From: Nemertoderma westbladi | Lineage: Eukaryota; Animalia; Xenacoelomorpha | Direction: 5' to 3' | Assembly (NCBI GenBank): GCA_032718475.1 | Contig: JAUCBJ010001972.1 | Location: 43,012-107,011, forward strand | DNA: 64,000 nucleotides | Shown here: one piece after another, positions 26,901 through 40,611 of the stretch | Layout of the letters: each line of letters begins with the position of its first letter | How positions within the stretch are numbered: the stretch's first letter is position 1 | Notes under the pieces: generated by a model | Database searches by the model: none | Seen by the model: only the letters and a program-made list of their open reading frames with translations | Told to the model about the DNA's origin: nothing | Position numbers and translations under genes: made by a program

Positions 26901-29900
26901 TTTTGATCCTACGTACAGGTATAAGGATCACAATGGTACTGGTACTACAGACAGTATTTACTATAGTTTTTGATCCTACGTACAGGTATAAGGATCATAA
27001 TGGTACTGGTACTACAGACAGTATTTACTATAGTTTTTGATCCTATGTACAGGTATAAGGTTCATAATGGTACTGGTACTACAGACAGTATTTACTATAG
27101 TTTTTGATCCTACGTACAGGTATAAGGATCATAATGGTACTGGTACTACAGACAGTATTTACTATAGTTTTTGATCCTATGTACAGGTATAAGGTTCATA
27201 ATGGTACTGGTACTACAGACAGTATTTACTATAGTTTTTGATCCTACGTACAGGTATAAGGATCATAATGGTACTGGTACTACAGACAGTATTTACTATA
27301 GTTTTTGATCCTATGTGCAGGTATAAGGATCATAATGGTACTGGTACTACAGACAGTATTTACTATAGTTTTTGATCCTACGTACAGGTATAAGGATCAC
27401 AATGGTACTGGTACTACAGACAGTATTTACTATAGTTTTTGATCCTATGTACAGGTATAAGGTTCATAATGGTACTGGTACTACAGACAGTATTTACTAT
27501 AGTTTTTGATCCTACGTACAGGTATAAGGATCATAATGGTACTGGTACTACAGACAGTATTTACTATAGTTTTTGATCCTATGTGCAGGTATAAGGATCA
27601 TAATGGTACTGGTACTACAGACAGTATTTACTATAGTTTTTGATCCTACGTACAGGTATAAGGATCATAATGGTACTGGTACTACAGACAGTATTTACTA
27701 TAGTTTTTGATCCTATGTGCAGGTATAAGGATCATAATGGTACTGGTACTACAGACAGTATTTACTATAGTTTTTGATCCTATGTACAGGTATAAGGATC
27801 ATAATGGTACTGGTACTACAGACAGTATTTACTATAGTTTTTGATCCTATGTACAGGTATAAGGATCATAATGGTACTGGTACTACAGACAGTATTTACT
27901 ATAGTTTTTGATCCTACGTACAGGTATAAGGATCACAATGGTACTGGTACTACAGACAGTATTTACTATAGTTTTTGATCCTATGTACAGGTATAAGGTT
28001 CATAATGGTACTGGTACTACAGACAGTATTTACTATAGTTTTTGATCCTATGTGCAGGTATAAGGATCATAATGGTACTGGTACTACAGACAGTATTTAC
28101 TATAGTTTTTGATCCTACGTACAGGTATAAGGATCACAATGGTACTGGTACTACAGACAGTATTTACTATAGTTTTTGATCCTATGTACAGGTATAAGGT
28201 TCATAATGGTACTGGTACTACAGACAGTATTTACTATAGTTTTTGATCCTACGTACAGGTATAAGGATCATAATGGTACTGGTACTACAGACAGTATTTA
28301 CTATAGTTTTTGATCCTATGTGCAGGTATAAGGATCATAATGGTACTGGTACTACAGACAGTATTTACTATAGTTTTTGATACAACGTACAGGTATAAGG
28401 ATCATAATGGTACTGGTACTACAGACAGTATTTACTATAGTTTTTGATCCTATGTGCAGGTATAAGGATCATAATGGTACTGGTACTACAGACAGTATTT
28501 ACTATAGTTTTTGATCCTACGTACAGGTATAAGGATCATAATGGTACTGGTACTACAGACAGTATTTACTATAGTTTTTGATCCTACGTACAGGTATAAG
28601 GATCATAATGGTACTGGTACTACAGACAGTATTTACTATAGTTTTTGATCCTATCTACAGGTATAAGGATCATAATGGTACTGGTACTACAGACAGTATT
28701 TACTATAGTTTTTGATCCTACGTACAGGTATAAGGATCATAATGGTACTGGTACTACAGACAGTATTTACTATAGTTTTTGATACAACGTACAGGTATAA
28801 GGATCATAATGGTACTGGTACTACAGACAGTATTTACTATAGTTTTTGATACAACGTACAGGTATAAGGATCATAATGGTACTGGTACTACAGACAGTAT
28901 TTACTATAGTTTTTGATACAACGTACAGGTATAAGGATCATAATGGTACTGGTACTACAGACAGTATTTACTATAGTTTTTGATCCTATGTACAGGTATA
29001 AGGATCATAATGGTACTGGTACTACAGACAGTATTTACTATAGTTTTTGATACAACGTACAGGTATAAGGATCATAATGGTACTGGTACTACAGACAGTA
29101 TTTACTATAGTTTTTGATACAACGTACAGGTATAAGGATCATAATGGTACTGGTACTACAGACAGTATTTACTATAGTTTTTGATCCTATGTACAGGTAT
29201 AAGGATCATAATGGTACTGGTACTACAGACAGTATTTACTATAGTTTTTGATCCTATGTGCAGGTATAAGGATCATAATGGTACTGGTACTACAGACAGT
29301 ATTTACTATAGTTTTTGATCCTATGTACAGGTATAAGGATCATAATGGTACTGGTACTACAGACAGTATTTACTATAGTTTTTGATCCTATGTACAGGTA
29401 TAAGGATCATAATGGTACTGGTACTACAGACAGTATTTACTATAGTTTTTGATCCTATGTACAGGTATAAGGATCATAATGGTACTGGTACTACAGACAG
29501 TATTTACTATAGTTTTTGATCCTATGTACAGGTATAAGGATCATAATGGTACTGGTACTACAGACAGTATTTACTATAGTTTTTGATACAACGTACAGGT
29601 ATAAGGATCATAATGGTACTGGTACTACAGACAGTATTTACTATAGTTTTTGATACAACGTACAGGTATAAGGATCATAATGGTACTGGTACTACAGACA
29701 GTATTTACTATAGTTTTTGATCCTATGTACAGGTATAAGGATCATAATGGTACTGGTACTACAGACAGTATTTACTATAGTTTTTGATCCTATGTGCAGG
29801 TATAAGGATCATAATGGTACTGGTACTACAGACAGTATTTACTATAGTTTTTGATCCCATGTACAGGTATAAGGATCATAATGGTACTGGTACTACAGAC

Positions 29901-30160
29901 AGTATTTACTATAGTTTTTGATCCTATGTACAGGTATAAGGATCATAATGGTACTGGTACTACAGACAGTATTTACTATAGTTTTTGATCCTATGTACAG
30001 GTAGGTATAAGGATCATAATGGTACTGGTACTGCAGACAGTATTTACTATAGTTTTTGATCCTATGTACAGGTATAAGGATCATAATGGTACTGGTACTA
30101 CAGACAGTATTTACTATAGTTTTTGATCCTACGTACAGGTATAAGGATCATAATGGTACT
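14943..30160. repeat. Satellite B (67-bp monomer), main segment, roughly 225 copies
   Basis: Period 67 (e.g. 20471 to 20538); variable slot CCTATG/ACAACG/CCTACG/CCTATC; near-homogeneous core at about 19.9-22.0 kb. Confidence 0.98.
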
Positions 30161-31156
30161 AGGATCGGCATGCTGCATTGCAGCTGCATTTTTAAGAATG
30201 CTGTGCCGGCTTGTCGACAAAATTGCGCCACCACAACTCCCTATCACCCGTGACATTTGCTAGATCATCCGCATCTTCAAGGCCAGTGTCCTTTAAGATG
30301 CGTCTCAAGAAAGTCATGGGCTGTCCACCATGCTTATTCACTCCATGAGGCTGCCAAAGTACAAGATTTTGCACTGGCTGGTCCTCACGGCGAAAGCAAT
30401 GTCCTGCAAAGCGGAGGCGATTTTGTTCTAGTGTCAAGCTTGGGGGAACCAATGAGACACCTCCAATGTTATATAGTGTCTGGTTGGAGATGTGTGCATT
30501 GTACTTGACACAATGAACCCGGCGTAGCATACTTGTGAATATGCCATCCAGAGATTTGGTGTCCTCAGCAGTTAGAGCCCAGCATGGACTCCCGTAGAGG
30601 AGTACTGGAACTACTGCTGCTCTAAATAATCGGACCTTAAGTTTCCGATTAATTCTAGGTGACTTCCAAATCCTGGAAAGCCTATTCAAGGCTGCCCATG
30701 CCTTTCCCTTACGTATTCGAAGGTCCTCACTTGACTTCCGGATCCATGATCCCAGGTGACAGAAGTCGTCCACATGCTCAAGCATACCATCTTTTGAGCT
30801 TAGGCTCATCCGATCAGAGACTTGCTGAGGACTTTCAAAGTTAACTGTCAAAATTTTGGTCTTTCTGGAGTTAATAAAAAGACCAACACTAGAAGCAGCA
30901 TGTTCTAATGAGCTGAGGAGCCGTTGGGCTCCCTCTAATGATTCTGAGAGTACTCCTAAGTCATCAGCAAAGTCTAGATCAGTTAGGTACTTGGCAGGAT
31001 TTCCTCGACTTCTGGAGCCAGTAGGTGGAGTTATCATCACCCCATCATCATTATAATGATCTAAGGACATGCGTAGAACATAGTCAACCACAATAATGAA
31101 CAGGAATGGTGCAAGTGTGTCTCCCTGGAGGACGCCCCATAATACTTCCCATAACA
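30159..31156 (-). mobile_element. RTE family 1, copy 2, 5'-truncated
   Basis: ORF 30192-31157 with GVLQGDTLAP and FADD; same 3' UTR as copy 1; several substitutions relative to copies 1 and 3; no TSD visible; satellite B does not resume. Confidence 0.93.
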
Positions 31157-31210
31157 ATTTGTAACTTAGCTCTCAATTGAAAACGTAGCCAATAAATGAT
31201 TGAACCTCAC

Positions 31211-31284
31211 GTATTATACTGGTGGAAGTATTCCACCAATAGCAGCAAGCCGTGTCCAAAGTTCATTAACGATGATTGGTTAAG
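31211..31284 (-). CDS. Weak candidate exon of the IQ gene (LNQSSLMNFGHGLLLLVEYFHQYN-)
   Basis: ttatag acceptor, gtgagg donor, 74 nt, phase 0-2, which would be frame-compatible with the 13-nt micro-exon at 5076-5088. No domain evidence. Confidence 0.2.
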
Positions 31285-31458
31285 CTATAATAATGTATTT
31301 TACACGAGTGGGTGCATTCCTTCATAGACTTATACTGCATGTCAATAAGACAATAGCAATTAATAGTATCAATTACTGCATTAATTAATGGATGATTATT
31401 CGTGAATTAAATGGAATAATATTATTAATTATTTGAACCCAGATAAATAACAGTCTAC

Positions 31459-31515
31459 CTTCTGGTTATTCACTGCGGACATTATAAACTTAAGGAGTTG
31501 GTATTCTATTCCCCC
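31459..31515 (-). CDS. Candidate exon of the IQ gene (GGIEYQLLKFIMSAVNNQK)
   Basis: cactag acceptor, AAG|gtagac donor, 57 nt, phase 0-0, open, 118 nt downstream of an IQ exon. Confidence 0.4.
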
Positions 31516-31633
31516 CTAGTGTAGGAATTTATTAATAAATACAGAAATACTTGAATAATTACTGATTGGCTGAACCCAGATCCCTTAACCGAGAATAGAT
31601 TACTTTCAGTTTCACACAGGTAGATACACTAAC

Positions 31634-31762
31634 CTTTGATGGGAAACTGCTAAGCGGTTCCCCAGTCTGTAAATGTTTACGCGTTAGGTACCCCCTGGCT
31701 GTAGACTGTATGAGTATCACGGACTCAATAAATTCCTGGTTCGATTCAAATTCTTCTAATTT
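31634..31762 (-). CDS. Internal exon of the IQ gene: KLEEFESNQEFIESVILIQSTARGYLTRKHLQTGEPLSSFPSK
   Basis: atttag acceptor, AAG|gttagt donor, 129 nt, phase 0-0, full IQxxxRGxxxRK motif. Confidence 0.87.
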
Positions 31763-31964
31763 CTAAATATACATTCGAAATGTTAATATAATAATAGAAA
31801 TGTAGCTGAAATTAGTAACAAATTTACCTATTTTAGAATATACTTGGTTAGGTTATTGGTTATTACTACAATAATTAATCCTGGAAAGAGATAGAAAAAG
31901 CAAATCAAAAAATATGAATAAAAATTATAAATTTAACGGAAATTAACTTAAAACTGAAACGGTA

Positions 31965-32000
31965 CTTCCAACTTTAACTCCAGTCCCGTGAGGTACCCAC
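31965..32000 (-). pseudogene. Degenerate fragment of an IQ exon (GYLTGLELK)
   Basis: 29 of 36 nt match the RGYLTRQELKSG part of the 57444-57578 exon; no usable splice sites seen. Confidence 0.6.
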
Positions 32001-35000
32001 TTTAATTATTGTACCTGTTTTGTTTTTACTTTATTTACCACTTTATTTACCTCTTTGTGTTTACGTTACCCACTATATATACCTGTTCTTTGTGTTTATA
32101 TCACCCACTATATTTACATGTTCTTTGTGTTTATATCACCCACTATATTTACATGTTCTTTGTGTTTATATCACCCACTATATTTACTGTTCTTTGTGTT
32201 TACGTTACCCACTATATTTACCTGTTCTTTGTGTTTATATCACCCACTATATTTACATGTTCTTTGTGTTTATATCACCCACTATATTTACATGTTCTTT
32301 GTGTTTATATCACCCACTATATTTACTGTTCTTTGTGTTTACGTTAACCACTATATTTACTGTTCTTTGTGTTTACGTTACCCACTATATTTACCTGTTC
32401 TTTGTGTTTACGTTACCCACTATATTTACCCTTTCTTTGTGTTTACGTTACCCACTATATTTACCCTTTCTTTGTGTTTACGTTACCCACTATATTTACC
32501 TGTTCTTTGTGTTTACGTTACCCACTATATTTACCCTTTCTTTGTGTTTACGTTACCCACTATATTTACATGTTCTTTGTGTTTATATCACCCACTATAT
32601 TTACTGTTCTTTGTGTTTACGTTAACCACTATATTTACCTGTTCTTTGTGTTTACGTTACCCACTATATTTACCTGTTCTTTGTGTTTACGTTACCCACT
32701 ATATATACCTGTTCTTTGTGTTTACGTTAACCACTATATTTACCTGTTCATTGTGTTTACGTTACCCACTATATTTACCTGTTCTTTGTGTTTACGTTAC
32801 CCACTATATTTGCCTGTTCTTTGTGTTTATGTTACCCACTATATTTACCTGTTCTTTGTGTTTATATCACCCACAATATTTACTGTTCTTTGTGTTTACG
32901 TTAACCACTATATTTACCTGTTCTTTGTGTTTATATCACCCACTATATTTACATGTTCTTTGTGTTTATATCACCCACTATATTTACTGTTCTTTGTGTT
33001 TACGTTAACCACTATATTTACCTGTTCTTTGTGTTTATATCACCCACTATATTTACTGTTCTTTGTGTTTACGTTAACCACTATATTTACCTGTTCTTTG
33101 TGTTTATATCACCCACTATATTTACATGTTCTTTGTGTTTATATCACCCACTATATTTACTGTTCTTTGTGTTTACGTTACCCACTATATTTACCTGTTC
33201 TTTGTGTTTATGTTAACCACTATATTTACATGTTCTTTGTGTTTATATCACCCACTATATTTACTGTTCTTTGTGTTTACGTTAACCACTATATTTACCT
33301 GTTCTTTGTGTTTATATCACCCACTATATTTACATGTTCTTTGTGTTTATATCACCAACTATATTTACTGTTCTTTGTGTTTACGTTACCCACTATATTT
33401 ACCTGTTCTTTGTGTTTATATCACCCACTATATTTACTGTTCTTTGTGTTTACGTTAACCACTATATTTACCTGTTCTTTGTGTTTATATCACCCACTAT
33501 ATTTACTGTTCTTTGTGTTTACGTTAACCACTATATTTACATGTTCTTTGTGTTTATATCACCCACTATATTTACATGTTCTTTGTGTTTATATCACCCA
33601 CTATATTTACCTGTTCTTTGTGTTTATATCACCCACTATATTTACTGTTCTTTGTGTTTACGTTAACCACTATATTTACATGTTCTTTGTGTTTATATCA
33701 GCCACTATATTTACATGTTCTTTGTGTTTATATCACCCACTATATTTACATGTTCTTTGTGTTTATATCACCCACTATATTTACTGTTCTTTGTGTTTAC
33801 GTTAACCACTATATTTACCTGTTCTTTGTGTTTATATCACCCACTATATTTACTGTTCTTTGTGTTTACGTTACCCACTATATTTACCTGTTCTTTGTGT
33901 TTATGTTACCCACTATATTTACCTGTTCTTTGTGTATATATCACCCACTATATTTACTGTTCTTTGTGTTTACGTTAACCACTATATTTACCTGTTCTTT
34001 GTGTTTATATCACCCACTATATTTACATGTTCTTTGTGTTTATATCACCCACTATATTTACTGTTCTTTGTGTTTACGTTAACCACTATATTTACCTGTT
34101 CTTTGTGTTTATGTTACCCACTATATTTACTGTTCTTTGTGTTTACGTTACCCACTGTATTTACCTGTTCTTTGTGTGCATGTCACCCACTATATTTACA
34201 TGTTCTTTGTGTTTATATCACCCACTATATTTACATGTTCTTTGTGTTTATATCACCCACTATATTTACTGTTCTTTGTGTTTATATCACCCACTATATT
34301 TACTGTTCTTTGTGTTTACGTTACCCACTATATTTACTGTTCTTTGTGTTTACGTTAACCACTATATTTACTGTTCTTTGTGTTTATATCACCCACTATA
34401 TTTACTGTTCTTTGTGTTTACGTTACCCACTATATTTACTGTTCTTTGTGTTTACGTTAACCACTATATTTACCTGTTCTTTATGTTTATATCACCCACT
34501 ATATTTACATGTTCTTTGTGTTTATATCACCCAGTATATTTACTGTTCTTTGTGTTTACGTTAACCACTATATTTACCTGTTCTTTGTGTTTATATCACC
34601 CACTATATTTACTGTTCTTTGTGTTTACGTTAACCACTATATTTACCTGTTCTTTGTGTTTATGTTACCCACTATATTTACCTGTTCTTTGTGTTTATAT
34701 CACCCACTATATTTACATGTTCTTTGTGTTTATATCACCCACTATATTTACTGTTCTTTGTGTTTACGTTAACCACTATATTTACCTGTTCTTTGTGTTT
34801 ACGTTACCCACTATATTTACCTGTTCTTTGTGTTTACGTTACCCACTATATTTACCTGTTCTTTGTGGTTATGTTACCCACTATATTTACTGTTCTTTGT
34901 GTTTATGTTACCCACTATATTTACCTGTTCTTTTTGTTTACGTTACCCACTATATTTACCTCTTTGTGTTTACGTTACCCACTATATTTACTGTTCTTTG

Positions 35001-38000
35001 TGTTTATGTTACCCACTATATTTACATGTTCTTTGTGTTTATATCACCCACTATATTTACATGTTCTTTGTGTTTATATCACCCACTATATTTACTGTTC
35101 TTTGTGTTTACGTTAACCACTATATTTACCTGTTCTTTGTGTTTACGTTACCCACTATATTTACCTGTTCTTTGTGTTTATGTTACCCACTATATTTACT
35201 GTTCTTTGTGTTTATGTTACCCACTATATTTACCTGTTCTTTTTGTTTACGTTACCCACTATATTTACCTCTTTGTGTTTACGTTACCCACTATATTTAC
35301 CTGTTCTTTGTGTTTACGTTAACCACTATATTTACATGTTCTTTGTGTTTATATCACCCACTATATTTACATGTTCTTTGTGTTTATATCACCCACTATA
35401 TTTACTGTTCTTTGTGTTTACGTTAACCACTATATTTACCTGTTCTTTGTGTTTACGTTACCCACTATATTTACCTGTTCTTTGTGTTTACGTTACCCAC
35501 TATATTTACCTGTTCTTTGTGTTTATGTTACCCACTATATTTACTGTTCTTTGTGTTTATGTTACCCACTATATTTACCTGTTCTTTTTGTTTACGTTAC
35601 CCACTATATTTACCTCTTTGTGTTTACGTTACCCACTATATTTACTGTTCTTTGTGTTTATGTTACCCACTATATTTACTGTTCTTTGTGTTTACGTTAA
35701 CCACTATATTTACCTGTTCTTTGTGTTTACGTTAACCACTATATTTACCTGTTCTTTGTGTTTACGTTAACCACTATATTTACCTGTTCTTTGTGTTTAC
35801 GTTACCCACTATATATACCTGTTCTTTGTGTTTACGTTACCTACTATATTTCTGTTCTTTGTGTTTACGTTACCCACTATATTTACATGTTCTTTGTGTT
35901 TATATCACCCACTATATTTACATGTTCTTTGTGTTTATATCACCCACTATATTTACTGTTCTTTGTGTTTACGTTAACCACTATATTTACCTGTTCTTTG
36001 TGTTTACGTTAACCACTATATTTACCTGTTCTTTGTGTTTACGTTACCCACTATATATACCTGTTCTTTGTGTTTACGTTACCTACTATATTTCTGTTCT
36101 TTGTGTTTACGTTACCCACTATATTTACATGTTCTTTGTGTTTATATCACCCACTATATTTACATGTTCTTTGTGTTTATATCACCCACTATATTTACTG
36201 TTCTTTGTGTTTACGTTAACCACTATATTTACCTGTTCTTTGTGTTTATGTTACCCACTATATTTACTGTTCTTTGTGTTTACGTTAACCACTATATTTA
36301 CCTGTTCTTTGTGTTTATGTTACCCACTATATTTACTGTTCTTTGTGTTTACGTTAACCACTATATTTACCTGTTCATTGTGTTTATGTTACCCACTATA
36401 TTTACTGTTCTTTGTGTTTACGTTAACCACTATATTTACCTGTTCTTTGTGTTTATGTTACCCACTATATTTACTGTTCTTTGTGTTTACGTTACCCACT
36501 ATATTTACCTGTTCTTTGTGTTTACGTTAACCACTATATTTACCTGTTCTTTGTGTTTACGTTACCCACTATATTTACCTGTTCTTTGTGTTTATGTTAC
36601 CCACTATATTTACCCTTTCTTTGTGTTTACGTTACCCACTATATTTACCTGTTCTTTGTGTTTACGTTAACCACTATATTTACCTGTTCTTTGTGTTTAC
36701 GTTACCCACTATATTTACCTGTTCTTTGTGTTTATGTTACCCACTATATTTACCTGTTCTTTGTGTTTATGTTACCCACTATATTTACCTGTTCTTTGTG
36801 TTTACGTTACCCACTATATTTACCTGTTCTTTGTGTTTACGTTAACCACTATATTTACCTGTTCTTTGTGTTTACGTTACCCACTATATTTACCTGTTCT
36901 TTGTGTTTACGTTACCCACTATATTTACCTGTTATTTGTGTTTATGTTACCCACTATATTTACCCTTTCTTTGTGTTTACGTTACCCACTATATTTACAT
37001 GTTCTTTGTGTTTATATCACCCACTATATTTACATGTTCTTTGTGTTTATATCACCCACTATATTTACTGTTCTTTGTGTTTACGTTAACCACTATATTT
37101 ACCTGTTCTTTGTGTTTACGTTACCCACTATATTTACCTGTTCTTTGTGTTTATGTTACCCACTATATTTACTGTTCTTTGTGTTTATGTTACCCACTAT
37201 ATTTACCTGTTCTTTTTGTTTACGTTACCCACTATATTTACCTCTTTGTGTTTACGTTACCCACTATATTTACTGTTCTTTGTGTTTATGTTACCCACTA
37301 TATTTACATGTTCTTTGTGTTTATATCACCCACTATATTTACATGTTCTTTGTGTTTATATCACCCACTATATTTACTGTTCTTTGTGTTTACGTTAACC
37401 ACTATATTTACCTGTTCTTTGTGTTTACGTTACCCACTATATTTACCTGTTCTTTGTGTTTACGTTACCCACTATATTTACCTGTTCTTTGTGTTTATGT
37501 TACCCACTATATTTACTGTTCTTTGTGTTTATGTTACCCACTATATTTACCTGTTCTTTTTGTTTACGTTACCCACTATATTTACCTCTTTGTGTTTACG
37601 TTACCCACTATATTTACTGTTCTTTGTGTTTATGTTACCCACTATATTTACTGTTCTTTGTGTTTACGTTAACCACTATATTTACCTGTTCTTTGTGTTT
37701 ACGTTAACCACTATATTTACATGTTCTTTGTGTTTACGTTAACCACTATATTTACCTGTTCTTTGTGTTTACGTTAACCACTATATTTACCTGTTCTTTG
37801 TGTTTACGTTACCCACTATATTTACCTGTTCTTTGTGTTTATGTTACCCACTATATTTACCTGTTCTTTGTGTTTACGTTACCCACTATATTTACCTGTT
37901 CTTTGTGTTTACGTTAACCACTATATTTACCCTTTCTTTGTGTTTATGTTACCCACTATATTTACTGTTCTTTGTGTTTACGTTAACCACTATATTTACC

Positions 38001-39571
38001 TGTTCTTTGTGTTTATGTTACCCACTATATTTACTGTTCTTTGTGTTTACGTTAACCACTATATTTACCTGTTCTTTGTGTTTATGTTACCCACTATATT
38101 TACTGTTCTTTGTGTTTACGTTAACCACTATATTTACCTGTTCTTTGTGTTTATGTTACCCACTATATTTACTGTTCTTTGTGTTTACGTTAACCACTAT
38201 ATTTACCTGTTCTTTGTGTTTATGTTACCCACTATATTTACTGTTCTTTGTGTTTACGTTACCCACTATATTTACCTGTTCTTTGTGTTTACGTTAACCA
38301 CTATATTTACCTGTTCTTTGTGTTTACGTTACCCACTATATTTACCTGTTCTTTGTGTTTATGTTACCCACTATATTTACCCTTTCTTTGTGTTTACGTT
38401 ACCCACTATATTTACCTGTTCTTTGTGTTTACGTTAACCACTATATTTACCTGTTCTTTGTGTTTACGTTACCCACTATATTTACCTGTTCTTTGTGTTT
38501 ATGTTACCCACTATATTTACCTGTTCTTTGTGTTTATGTTACCCACTATATTTACCTGTTCTTTGTGTTTACGTTACCCACTATATTTACCTGTTCTTTG
38601 TGTTTACGTTAACCACTATATTTACCTGTTCTTTGTGTTTACGTTACCCACTATATTTACCTGTTCTTTGTGTTTACGTTACCCACTATATTTACCTGTT
38701 CTTTGTGTTTATGTTACCCACTATATTTACCCTTTCTTTGTGTTTACGTTACCCACTATATTTACCTGTTCTTTGTGTTTACGTTAACCACTATATTTAC
38801 CTGTTCTTTGTGTTTACGTTACCCACTATATTTACCTGTTCTTTGTGTTTATGTTACCCACTATATTTACCTGTTCTTTGTGTTTATGTTACCCACTATA
38901 TTTACCTGTTCTTTGTGTTTACGTTACCCACTATATTTACCTGTTCTTTGTGTTTACGTTAACCACTATATTTACCCTTTCTTTGTGTTTATGTTACCCA
39001 CTATATTTACTGTTCTTTGTGTTTACGTTACCCACTATATTTACCTGTTCTTTGTGTTTATGTTACCCACTATATTTACCCTTTCTTTGTGTTTACGTTA
39101 CCCACTATATTTACCTGTTCTTTGTGTTTACGTTAACCACTATATTTACCTGTTCTTTGTGTTTACGTTACCCACTATATTTACCTGTTCTTTGTGTTTA
39201 TGTTACCCACTATATTTACCCTTTCTTTGTGTTTACGCTACCCACTATATTTACCTGTTCTTTGTGTTTACGTTAACCACTATATTTACCTGTTCTTTGT
39301 GTTTACGTTACCCACTATATTTACCTGTTCTTTGTGTTTATGTTACCCACTATATTTACCTGTTCTTTGTGTTTATGTTACCCACTATATTTACCTGTTC
39401 TTTGTGTTTACGTTACCCACTATATTTACCTGTTCTTTGTGTTTACGTTAACCACTATATTTACCTGTTCTTTGTGTTTACGTTACCCACTATATTTACC
39501 TGTTCTTTGTGTTTACGTTACCCACTATATTTACCTGTTCTTTGTGTTTATGTTACCCACTATATTTACCC

Positions 39572-40611
39572 GTTCGACAACATTTGTGTCTACTGTTGAC
39601 GGTGACACAGAACCATTTGAAGTGTTATGGGGCGTCCTCCAAGGAGACACACTTGCACCATTCTTGTTCATTATTGTGGTTGACTATGTTCTACGCATGT
39701 CCTTAGATCATCATAATGATGATGGGGTGATGATAACTCCACCTACTGGCTCCAGAAGTCGAGGAAATCCTGCCAAGTACCTAACTGATCTAGACTTTGC
39801 TGATGACTTAGGAGTACTCTCAGAATCATTAGAGGGAGCCCAGCGGCTCCTCAGCTCATTAGAACATGCTGCTTCTAGTGTTGGTCTTTTTATTAACTCC
39901 AGAAAGACCAAAATTCTGACAGTTAACTTTGAAAGTCCTCAGCAAGTCTCTGATCGGATGAGCATAAGCTCAAAGGATGGTATGCTTGAGCATGTGGACG
40001 ACTTCTGTTACCTGGGATCATGGATCCGGAAGTCAGGTGAGGACCTTCGAATACGTAAGGGAAAGGCATGGGCAGCCTTGAATAGGCTTTCCAGGATTTG
40101 GAAGTCACCTAGAATTAATCGGAAACTTAAGGTCCGATTATTTAGAGCAGCAGTAGTTCCAGTACTCCTCTACGGGAGTCCATGCTGGGCTCTAACTGCT
40201 GAGGACACCAAATCTCTGGATGGCACATTCACAAGAATGCTACGCCGGGTACATTGTGTCAAGTACAATGCACACATCTCCAACCAGACACTATATAACA
40301 TTGGAGGTGTCTCATTGGTTCCCCCAAGCTTGACACTAGAACAAAATCGCCTCCGCTTTGCAGGACATTGCTTTCGCCGTGAGGACCAGCCAGTGCATAA
40401 TCTTGTACTTTGGCAGCCTCATGGAGTGAATAAGCATGGTGGACAGCCCATGACTTTCTTGAGACGCATCTTAAAGGACACTGGCCTTAAAGATGCGGAT
40501 GATCTAGCAAATGTCATGGGTGATAGGGAGTTGTGGCGGTGCAATTTTGTTGACAAGCCGGCACAGCATTCTTAAAAATGCAGCTGCAATGCAGCATGCC
40601 GATCCTAGTAG
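39572..40611 (+). mobile_element. RTE family 1, copy 3, 5'-truncated, 11-bp TSD
   Basis: TATATTTACCC at 39561-39571 and 40612-40622; RT C-terminal ORF to 40575; TAGTAG tail. Confidence 0.95.

Noticed and set aside
5234-30160. CRISPR-like reading of the 67-bp array with a variable slot
   Set aside because: The slot has only a few recurring point variants rather than unique spacers; no cas genes; eukaryotic context.
31828-31900. Strong acceptor (ctctttccag) with a downstream gtaaat donor
   Set aside because: The enclosed segment has stops in all three frames; it could be a poison exon or micro-exon but is unsupported.
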